A stretch of 64,000 bases of DNA from Cyanophora paradoxa CCMP329. Its lineage: Eukaryota > Plantae > Glaucophyta. The notes under the pieces were generated by a model. That model had not been told where the DNA came from and searched no databases. It saw only the letters and a program-made list of their open reading frames with translations. Location: assembly GCA_004431415.1 (NCBI GenBank), contig QPMI01000520.1:62001-126000 (forward strand), read 5' to 3'. A program made the translations under genes and the position numbers. Positions 1 to 10,012 of the stretch are shown piece after piece (the stretch's first letter is position 1; each line of letters opens with the position of its first letter).

Positions 1-421
1 AAGTCCTCGTCCTCCACGTCGTTGTCGTGGTCGTCGTCGTCCGGGTCCACGGGGTTCGTGATCCTGCCGGCGCGTCAGAGGCGTGCGGGAGGGAGAGCGA
101 GGCAGGGCGGAACGCCGCGCACTTCACTTTCTGAACGACCAGCACGCCCAACTCGAAGTTCGCGCTCTTTCCGCTGCACGACGCCGTCGCAGCCTTGAGC
201 TCGGCCATCGCCGCCTCGATATCAGTCATCGCCTGGTTGCTCAGAATTCCGTCGCAGTTGCATAGGGGGGCTGGCGCGGTCAGGCCGCACGCCTCCGGAT
301 TCTTGACTGGGTCCGGCACATCGGCGACAGTCCAGCCGCCGGCGGGCGCGGCAGCGCTCGCCGCGGCTATGGAAATATAGCAGATGAGGGTCGCGAGGGC
401 GACAGTGCGCAGCGCCCGCAT
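1..421 (-). CDS. Secreted TPM/MOLO-1-like domain protein, 5' part (spliced, runs off the window)
   Basis: Manual translation from ATG 421: signal peptide MRALRTVALATLICYISIAAA, then WTVADVPDPVKNPEACG...LCNCDGILS, resembling the MOLO1/TPM W..P.P...CG...CD.DGILS pattern. Confidence 0.5.
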   Translation of the reverse strand, partial: MRALRTVALATLICYISIAAASAAAPAGGWTVADVPDPVKNPEACGLTAPAPLCNCDGILSNQAMTDIEAAMAELKAATASCSGKSANFELGVLVVQKVKCAAFRPASLSLPHASDAPAGSRTPWTRTTTTTTTTWRTRT

Positions 422-642
422 CGTCCGTTCGCTGGCAACTGTACTAAAAAGCTGCTGGCCTCAATCGTGCGCTAGGCTTGGCCTGTCTTTCGTCAGCAGC
501 TTCAGACGAGCGCCAATAGTAGGCTCTACCCCCTGACAAGGGCCTACCGGTACCCCCATCGCCAAACACGTCGGTTACTCGAGCCCGTTTCTAGCACAGC
601 TGTACTGCTTAAAGTCTACAGCGCAGCCGTCAATTTACAGCG

Positions 643-1706
643 ATGGAGGGTCCGGCCGGCGAGGTCCGGTTCCAGGTCCTGTCGCCCGAACTAGTCGCCC
701 AGGCGCACGCGGTTCCAGTCGACCAGTCATTCGATGAATCCGAATTCCAGGTGCGATGCTGGGTGCAAGCGGCCCCCGCAGGTGCCTGTGAGCCCTCGTC
801 GCCCCGTTTCCGACGCGCGCCTCGCAGCCGATTCAAGCAACACTGGGCTGGGCGAAGCGGGGGAAGCTCCTCTCCACAGTGGAGGACAAAGATGCGCTGG
901 AAAGCAGACCGAAGCCGCCGCCGGCCGAGTCGGAGAGCCCCTCAGTAGCGTTGTATCCAGCTGGCGTTCCGCGGTCAGACGTGCCGGAGCCGCCGGGGCC
1001 CATGCCCTTAGCACTCGCATCTGCGCCCCCTGCGGTCGTGGAGTCTCCGCGCCCCGCGTCGGCCTTCCTCAGTAACTTCTTGAACCGTATCGGGCTCCCC
1101 CTTCCGGGCCGCCGGCTCTCCGCAAGCGACGGGCGAGCGCCGGCTGTCGCAATCGGCGGGCTCTCTGCGTCCAATTCCCCGCCTTCCACCCCCGGACGCC
1201 TCACGAGGTCGCTCCCGGGACCCGGCGCCGGCCCCGCCCCCGCGACGGGCGAGAAGCCGGAGCGGACGCGCTCGCAACACCGGGCGAAAGTCCCATTCGA
1301 GAACCAGGTGGAGCTCGGGAACCCACGAGCACTCGACGGAGACGCGGTGCGCGCGCGGCGCAGCGCCCCCGCCCGTCTGCCGGCCCGACTGACGCCGGCG
1401 CGCCCGCGGCCGCCGCAGGCGCCCTCCTCGGCGCGGGCGCAGACGCCGTCGGCGGCGGGCGCGTGGCGGCGCGGGCTGGGGCGCCTGTTTGACTGGCGGC
1501 TCCTCGCGGCGGTCGCGGCGGTCCTCCTCACTGTCTGCCTCGTCCTCGCCTCCGTCGGCGGCCGCAAGAACTTCGGAATGGCCCTCGCGAGCTTCTGCTG
1601 CGGCCTCGCCAGCTTCCCCCTCGCCTTCTGCGCCTTCTTCTCCAGGAGACGCCTCGCCCACTCCAACCCCTCCCCGCGGGCCGCCTCGGCCTCTGTACAG
1701 GTCTAG
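643..1706 (+). CDS. Hypothetical protein with C-terminal hydrophobic segments (spliced)
   Basis: Exon MEGPAGEV...ESEFQ followed by a GT-AG intron into ORF 879-1706, which ends in two hydrophobic stretches (LLAAVAAVLLTVCLVLASV; FGMALASFCCGLASFPLAFCAFF). Confidence 0.4.
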
Positions 1707-2070
1707 GCCCAGGTCAGGGCCTATGTTTTTTCATTCGGTGCAAAACGCACCTTCTTGCTTTTATTTCAATTCGAAATGCGCCCATCTCTCGATCCAGGTA
1801 CAGCGTGTACGTAGCGTTATCTTCATTATTTCTTGACATAGCACATGATCACAAATACAAACAGTCCGCGCTGCACAGGGTGACTGTTCTGCCTACACGA
1901 AGAGCACACGAGTAAATCGCATACGACGATGCACGACGAAAGCGGCCAGGCGGCGCGCGTGGGTTCAGATCCTAGAAGCCCCGCGATAGCCGCCAGAGGC
2001 AAAAACTGGAAGGGGGAGCGAGATCGGGAGCGGGGAGGTGCCTGCAGCCTGAATCGAGCTGGCGCGGCCC

Positions 2071-3160
2071 CTAGAGCTTCCGCCCCGTGCCGAAGGAGTC
2101 ATCGTCCTCGTCGTCCACGAAAAAGACCTGCGCGGCCAGCTCAGAGGTGCATCAGGGGGCGCGGCGGGGGGGGGCGCGCCTGGTACGCTACATAGAGAAG
2201 CCCCGCCGCGACGGCGATGCTGAAGGCGGAGGAGAGGATCTTGAACAGGAAGGCGAGGACGGAGAAGGATAGCCAGACAGAGCCGCCGATCTTGAGCGCG
2301 CGCCAGTAGTTCTGCAGGGCCGCCGGCACCGCCGGGTCCTCCCGCACGATCGAATTGAAGGCCGACTTCGCCGCCTTCACCCACCGAATCTTCGGCAGCT
2401 TCAACTGCGCGCCACGGAGTCAGATTTCGGGGGCGGCATCTCAGCTGCAGCGGGCCTCGAACGCGCGGGAGAGCCCCTCAGTCGCGGATATCGAAGGCGC
2501 CGAACTCGCGGCCCTCGATGTCGCGACGCTCGGTGACAGCGCAGTGGGACACACTCCCAAATGGGCTCCCCTCGTTAGCTAGCCACGATTCTAAGGCGGC
2601 GAGCGCGTCGTGCGGGCCCTGGGCCACTCCCTCAACGGTTCCGCGCGAGGTGTTCTGCACATATCCCACGACCCCTAGCTCTTGCGCCTTCTTCTGAGTG
2701 AAGGCGCGGAAGTAGACGCCTTGAACTCGACCGAACACCTCATAAGAGAAAGAGCCCAGGGCGGCGGAGGCCTAGAGAACCCATTTACACATGAAGCCCC
2801 GCCGCACGCGGCAATTGACGCACCCGCAGCTTGTCATCGTCATCGTCGTCGAAGGCTGCGTTGACCACCCTGAAGGCGAATACAGGCCGCGACGACTGCG
2901 ACGGAGCAGTCAGCCGCCGTCGTCGAGACGTCCGGCGCGAGCGGGGCGTCCGCCACCCCCGAGGGAGGACGCGCGACACACACCTCGGCGACTGGCGTGC
3001 GGCACAGGAACGTCGGCTGCTCGCCTGCGACGAACCGCCTATGATTCTGCAGCACCGCCGGAGCTGATGACCGCGTTCTACAAACGGCGGCCGGCGCCTG
3101 GCACTGGAGCTGCGGTGCGGGCCTGGCTGCCACGAGGGCGCCGCACGTCGAGAAGGCCAT
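2071..3160 (-). CDS. Putative plastid-targeted small membrane protein (exons 3160-2984, 2895-2824, 2404-2180, 2127-2071)
   Basis: [14 protein letters not shown] transit-peptide-like start; all four exons join in phase 0; CTGAC branch-like site and CAG acceptor before 2404; two TM segments in exon 3. Confidence 0.55.
2478..2771 (-). CDS. ACYP: Acylphosphatase catalytic exon
   Basis: Signature [12 protein letters not shown]...[20 protein letters not shown]...WL...GSP; in-frame splice acceptor at 2772. Confidence 0.9.
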   Translation of the reverse strand, partial: ASAALGSFSYEVFGRVQGVYFRAFTQKKAQELGVVGYVQNTSRGTVEGVAQGPHDALAALESWLANEGSPFGSVSHCAVTERRDIEGREFGAFDIRD

Positions 3161-3345
3161 CTTTTTTTCTGTTCTGGGTACCGGTCGAAGTCTCGCCGCC
3201 CTGAAGCCAGCCAGCCCCTGAAAAGCCAGCCTGGGCCAGCTATTCGGCTCGGTGAGTGTGATCTCTTGCGCTTCCTTGCCGGATTGACGTCAGTCGGGTT
3301 CCGAGCCGAGCCATCCAGCCCATCGATATATCGGCTGCGACAGCG

Positions 3346-5362
3346 ATGGAGGCTAGCCCGTCAAATTCGATGGCTGATCTCTCGCGGTTTTTCAAGCGAC
3401 CCCGTGTCGACGCGGAATCGCCCCTCGACGTGCTTCCTGATCCGCTCCTAGACAAGATCCTCCGCTACGTGGCCTCCAGCTGCAATCCATGGTGCGTACT
3501 GTGCGCAGATGGATACCGCACGAGGCTCGCCGTGGCGCCGCCAGCCCTCGACGGGAGCCTCGTTGGGCTGATCGGCCCCGGCCCAATCGGGCGCCATGGG
3601 ACGCGCCGGCCGCTGACGCCGGTGCGAGCAGGCAGCGGTGGGCGTGTACGGCCGTATGCAGGCGCTTCCGGCGGCTGGCCCAGTGTGCGCCGTGGGAGCG
3701 GCTGGAGATTCTGGCGGAGAACGTGCGCGACCAAACCCTCCTGTCCGATACGCACACCAAATCAGCGACGGACATCATGAACGAGCTGACGACAAGGATC
3801 TCTTCGAGGAGCCTGGACATGTCCTGCCTCAAGGAGATCGACATCGACGTCTCGGCCGCCGGCCTCCAGAACGAGGAGAAGCGCAAGGGTCCGTCCCCGC
3901 CTCCCGGCGCGGCGACGCCGGCCGCGAATCAGCTCGCTCTGACGGCAGCGCCGCGCAGCTGCGGAGGCGGCGGCGGGGCTGCTGGCGGCGGTGAGCATGG
4001 AGGCGGCGCTGACGGGGGTGAGCCTGCGCTTCGGGGAGTGGTCGAGCGCCTCCTTCGGGGAGCGCGAGTGCTTCCAGTCGCTCGTGGCGCTCGCCGGCAC
4101 GCGCACCGCCGCCAGCCTCGCCTCCTTCAGCGTCACCGCCAGCCCCTACTCCCCGCCCGTCTCCCGCGGCCTGCCCCCGCGCCGCTCCGCCGACCGCCTC
4201 CTCGCCCTCCTCAAGCGCTTCTCGAGCCTGCGGAGTCTCGGGCTGCCCTTCCAGCTGCCCGTCACGCCCGAGGAGGCCGGCTCGCTCGTCTCCGCCCAGC
4301 TGCGCTCCCTGCGGGCCCTCCACCTCGCCCTGCCCGGCCCCGCCGCCGCCGAGACTCTCCAGCGCATCGCGGCCCTCCCGCTGGAGGAGCTGAGCCTCTT
4401 CCTTTCAGGCGGGGAGACAAACGGGCTGGCGACGCTGGCGGGCCCCGGCTCGCGCTGCCTGGAGACGCTGCGGCGGCTCGCGATCGACGCGGGGCACCCG
4501 CTCCCCGCGGGGGAGCTCGCGGCCCTCGCCCAGCTTCCCTCCCTCCGCTCCCTCTGCCTCTCCGTCATGGCGCGCGACGCCGCCCCGGGCCCCTCCCCCT
4601 CCTCGCCGCACGCTAAGGGGGCGCGCAGGGGGAGCAGGCCGGCGCGCAGGTCTCGGCCGTCCTCTCGGGGGCCCCCCAGCTCCGCGAGCTCTGCCTCAAC
4701 GTCCGCGTGCGCTTCTCCTGCCCTTCGGCTCGCCGCCGCAGCCGCTGAGCCGCTCGCAGGTGTCCCCCGTGCGGAGCACGTCGGTCTCGGAGGGGGCGGC
4801 CCCCGGGGCCTCCCCCGCGGCGGTCGCGCGGGCCCTCGGCGCCGCCCCGGACGCCCTGCGCCGCCTCGAGGCGCTGGACGTCGCCGTGTACGGGTACTGC
4901 ACGGCCGACGCGGGGCCCGAGCTCGCGGCCCTCGTGCGGGCGGCAGGGCGCGTCCTCCGCTCCTACCGCCACGACTCGGACGAGCGCTCCACCGCCGGCC
5001 AGGCGCGCCCGCCGCCCGCCCCTCCCCCCTGCCCGCCGCCGCCGTCTGTGCGTGACCGCCCTCGGCAGGCGTACGTGTGGGGCCCGGCGTTCGCGGCGCT
5101 GACGGAGGAGGAGGCGCGGGCGATCACGGAGTGCGGGCCGCGGCTGCGCTCGGTCTCCCTCTGGAACGCGCTGGAGGCGGAGGACGACGCGCTGGCGTAC
5201 CCCCTGCTGCGCTCCCTCGGGCAGCGCACGCCGCGGGTCGCCCTCGAGGTGCGCCTCGACCAGCACGCGGGGGAGGAGATCGAGTACCCCCTCTCGCACC
5301 TCGCCGGCGTCGTCTCCCGCTGGCTCTCCTTCGCCTCCGTCCGCTTCCGCTCCTTCTACTAG
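3346..5362 (+). CDS. F-box / leucine-rich-repeat protein (multi-exon, boundaries approximate)
   Basis: F-box-like PLDVLPDPLLDKILRYV...VCRRFRRLA; LRR-like LRSLRALHL, LEELSL, LPSLRSLCL, LRRLEALDV spread over short-intron exons. Confidence 0.7.
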
Positions 5363-5681
5363 GCCCCCGCGCCCCTCGAGCTCCCGCCCCCCGCCCCGCC
5401 ACGCTCTCCGCAACCTCTGCTCTTTTCTCATGTAATTACTGCGTGGACTTTATCCCGCCCGACCGAGCGGACGGTCGTCGGTGACTACGTACATAATTAG
5501 CTGATTTCAATGAGAAATCTATCTCTACGCTATCACTGCAAGGCGGCAGCGGTCTCCAAGTTACATCTGACGTGGGGGGGGCTGAAAAAAAGGGGGTGAT
5601 ACAACGCTCGCCGAAATGGCTCTCTTCAGAAGAGAGGACGACAAAACGACCGGGTCCGAGAGAATCGACAGAGCGGTGCGA

Positions 5682-7567
5682 CTAAGAGGGCGGCGCGTCC
5701 GACCGGGCGGCCGCTTGCGCGGCCGCGGCCGCGGCGTCGGCGTCGAGCTGACGCTGCTCCTCCGGCGGACGGATCTGCGCGGCGCGGGCCCGTCAACGAC
5801 GGAACGGAGCGGGAGGCAGGGGGCGGGGCGGGGCGGGGCGGGGCGGACGCTGCGGAAGTTGTAGAGAAGGAGGAGGTCGTAGAGGATCATGAGGCTGCCG
5901 GCGAGGAACCAGGGGATGTCCATCAGCTTGGTGGTGCGCCCAAAGAGCATGCCGGCGACGAAGGGCGACATCGAGGCGCCCAGCGTGCGGCTGATGTTCG
6001 CCAGCCCCGCCGCCGCCGTCCGCTCGCTCGGGTGGCACACCGCCACCGTGTACGACGACCTGCCCCTCCCCGTCAGCAAGAGAGAAGAAGAGGAGGGGGA
6101 AAGGAGAGGAAAAGGAGGGAAGCGGACCGGGTGGGCGCGTCCATCTGGGAGATGGAGTAGCGCATGAGGAGCATCGCGATGGCGAGCTTCATCGAGGGCA
6201 TCAGCGGCACGAGGAGCAGGAAGACGTTCGACGGCAGGTGCGTGAAGACCTGCGCGGGAGGGCGTCAGCGGCGGCCGGCGCGTGCGGCGGCGGCGGCGGC
6301 GCGCGGACCATGCAGCGGACGAGGCCGATGCGGTTGGCGAGCGGGGCGGCGGCGAGGGCGGAGAGGCCGCCCATGAGGTTGGCGCCGCAGAGGATGCGGC
6401 CGAGGACGCCCGGGTCGGCGCCCCACCGGACGTGGAACCAGTCCGAGACGACCGACTGGAGGATGAAGCCGGCGCCGAACGCGTCGATCGCGTACAGCGA
6501 GCAGAGCTTGAGGACGACGTTGCCCGACTTGGGCAGCGCCCACTGGCTCTTCAAGAAGGCCTTGGCGCGCTGGATGAAACCGGCGATGCCTGGCGCGTGG
6601 TCCGACGTCGACGCCTGCCGCTCCGCCTCGCGCTCCTCGCGCTGCTGCTTCTGCAGCGCCGCGTGCTCCGCCTTGAGCTCCACCTTGGGCGACATGCGCG
6701 AGGCGAGGACCGCCAGGCCGCCGCCGAGGATGCCGTACGCGATGATGCACGTGCGGTACGCCTTCTCGGCCGCCCACGCGCTCGTGAAGATCAGGTGCTT
6801 CGCCGTCGCGCCGCCGATGAGCGAGCCGGCCGCCGCGCAGAGCGACCCGATCAGCGAGTACCACGCCAGCAGCTTCGTGCGATCCCGATTCCGGACAAGC
6901 TGCGAGATAGCCGAGTGCTCGATCGGCTGGAACGGGCCTGCACGTGCCTCAGCCGGCGGCGGGCGGGCGCCGCGCGACGCCGGTACGAACCAATGTCCTG
7001 GCCGCCGGGACTAATGACGCCGAACACGGCGGCAAGGGTCAGCACGAGCATCTTGTCGCGGGCGTAGGCGAAGACGAGGCCGGAGAGGACGACGAGCGAG
7101 CCGCCGAGCATGAGCATCTTCCGCCGACCGACGCGATCCGCAACGCCTGTGATGCCGAGCTGCGCGCGAGTCAGCGCGCAGGCGGGCGTCGGGCCCGCCA
7201 TGGCACGGCGGACCGAAAGGAAGGAGTCGCCGATGAAGGTGAGCGTGAAGAGCGCGCCGATCGCCTGGGGAGACAGACCGACCTCTTTCAGGTACAGAAC
7301 GAGCACGACCGAGAGAAGTCCGAAGGAGAACATCCGCAACGCGCGGCTGGCAAAGAGGAGCCGGACGTCCCCGGAGAGGGAGGCCAGGCTGAGCCCCGGC
7401 TGCGACGAGCTGGCGGCTGCTGCAGCGGACGAGGAGGGAGGGCTGGGGGACGGGGTGGGATGCAGAGGTTGGTACGAAATGGGATCGTCGCTATTGGAGT
7501 CGACATAGCCGCCCGTGTTGAACTCTGTAGAGTCTGCGAAGTGTTCCGGACCCCGATCCTCGGCCAC
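5682..7567 (-). CDS. Major facilitator superfamily transporter (multi-exon, start uncertain)
   Basis: MFS motif A GVADRVGRRK, C-half LANRIGL, ERTAAAGLANISRTLGASMSPF and many TM helices across ORFs 6851-7567, 6201-6695 and 5561-6079. Confidence 0.85.
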
Positions 7568-7985
7568 GGGCCCAAGCGCGCGGCTTGCGGTGAACTCCTG
7601 CGCCGGGGCGGGAAAAAGGGCATTAGGGCGGGATGCGTTGCTCGCATCTCCGGGCGTTGCGCTGTTGCCGTAAAGGACGGATATATGGTTCAGAGCACGG
7701 CGAAGCTCACCCGGCGCCTCCGCGTCCGCGCCAGGACACAGCTCTGTGCACCCGCCAAGAACTCATTCCCGAAACTGAAATTCCGTCCTATGCACTTGCT
7801 GCGGCTGTGACGCAGGTAAAGCAATCAGACGAGGAAGGAGAATGTGCGGCCGCGTGTCGGAGACACGCGGAACGGGGCTCACTTGTCCACTGCCCGTCTC
7901 CCACCGCACGCATCGAGCGCTGGCCGACGTGGTGCGGCAGAAGGGGCGGGCTGTCGCGGGCCGACCGCATGCGGCAGGAGCCCAA

Positions 7986-9791
7986 TGAAGAACGACGCCA
8001 TTCTCAGGCGCGTCGCCGGTTTGCCCGGCCGCACTTAACGCTGCCGCGTCTGGAAGGCCCGCACGTCCGTCTCGACGCTCGTCGGTGACGTCGGAGTACG
8101 AACTCTTGCCGTGGCTGGCCCCTGGCTGGACCCGCGCGGTCGCGATCCTGCTACGGTATCCCCTCCTTGAGGCTGTACCCGGAGTGGGAGAGCAGTCTTC
8201 GAGCAGCATTGCAGAAGCTCTACAGAAGCTCTCAAGGAGAAGACGTAGGGAAGGAAGCTTAAGATAGCACGGAGCTGATCCACAGGCGCGGGCTCCGGGC
8301 GCCGCCGCGGGCGCTCGGCTCGATGGACTCCATGGCCACACCGCTGACGGGCCCAAGCAAGCGCCAGTCACCGCCGCCGAGCCTTGTCGAGAAGCCAAAT
8401 GAGAGATGTAGCCACCCCGGCCCATGTACATATGCCGGCGCTCACGTACGCCACGGCCAGTTGTGTACTGTATCCCGCTCGCCTTCGAGAACGCTTTCCA
8501 AGCGCTGGACGATGGCCTGATTCCAGCATGCCAGCGCGGAGGCCTTCCTGCAAACCTCATAGCAACCGGGTTGACAATCTTCTCGTCGATCGAGGCCCGC
8601 TCTCGTCCCTGACCTCATCCCATGCGCGCCGGGTTCGATCTCGCATGCGCAGGTCGGGCTGGCCGCGCCGCTCGCTTTGTACCTTTTACAGGAGGACCTC
8701 GCGGCGAACGTCGTCTTGAGCCTGATTACGGCCTTGACTTTCCTTTCACAGCTCCCGAAACGTTTCGTGTGGCGGCCACGCCCTTGGATGGCGAGCCGTG
8801 CCCGCGCGTTTAAGCGCGACTACACCTCCTCCTTCCCTTCCCGCGGGGTCGCCTGCGCCGTGGTCTGGTGAGCCGCCGCCGCAGCCGCCGCGCCGACGGG
8901 CGCAGCCTCATCGCGCACACCTCGGGGCGCAGGAGCGTCGCCGCCGGCTACATCGCGTCGGGGTACGCTGCGCAGCGGGAGGCGGCCGCCGGCGGGAGGC
9001 CGGGCCCCCTGCAGGCCCCCGCGTGGTCCTGGTGGCTCGCGCTCCCCGCGGGGCTCCTCCTCTCGTGGGCGCGCATCAACGTCGGCAACCACTACCCCTC
9101 CGACTGCGTCTTCGGCGCTCTGGAGGCGTGCATTCTTTCCCGCGCGTGCGAGCGCGCCGCCGCTCCGTGACGCGCGCCGCGCCCCGCGCGCAGGGCCTCC
9201 TCGCGATCGGCCTGGGCCACGGCCTGGAGGCCGTCCTCTCGGGGGTCTGCGGGGGGTACTGCTACGCGGGGGCGGGCGTGGAGGGCATCGGGCCGGAGGG
9301 GGGCCTGGGCCCGCGGGGCTGGACCCTCGCCGTCCTCGCCAGCCTCCTGGGGGTACTCCTCCTCGAGGTCCTCCAGGCCGAGCCCGTCCACCTGCGCGTA
9401 CCCCGGCCCCGTCCGCTCGTCCCCCCCCCCTGACGACGTACCCGGCGCGCAGGTGGACGAAGGCTGAGCACGCCTTCGGTCTGCTTTTTGCCTCCCTCCT
9501 TTTCCGCACCGTCTTCCTTTGCCCGGGGCTCGTCCGGCGCGCCCTCGCCGCCCCGCCGGCCTCCTCCCTGGAACCCGCCGCCGCCCCCCTGGCCATCGCC
9601 GCCCTCTCCGTCGCCCTCTGCACGGTGCCGGCCTCGGGCCTCGTCGGGCGCGCCGGCGGCTGAGTGCGGTGCAGGCCGTGGGGATGGGCGTCAAGACGAA
9701 GCCGGAGAAGGGCCGCCTCCTCGGCCTCGCCAAGTACGCCACTATTTTCGCCTCCGCCGCCGCCGCCCTCTGCCTTTGGCGCTCCCCGTAG
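7986..9791 (+). CDS. PAP2-superfamily membrane phosphatase (multi-exon, start uncertain)
   Basis: Motif 1 KRFVWRPRP, motif 2 SFPSRG (variant of PSGH), motif 3 ARINVGNHYPSD. Confidence 0.75.
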
Positions 9792-10012
9792 CCCCGCTCC
9801 CGAGGCCCCGCACCGCGCTGCACCGCGCTCTAGTGGTGTATCGGGGCATGTATTATTGTACAGCTGCAGCTTACGCTAGCTCCCAATTGCCGTCGTTTGC
9901 TTTTGACCCAACTATGGCTACCTACAGTGCGAATCGGAAAAATGTGCGAAGAGAACAATGTGGAGCGCGGGGAACGAAATATGCGAAAAGAACAATCTGG
10001 AATGGAGGGGTG

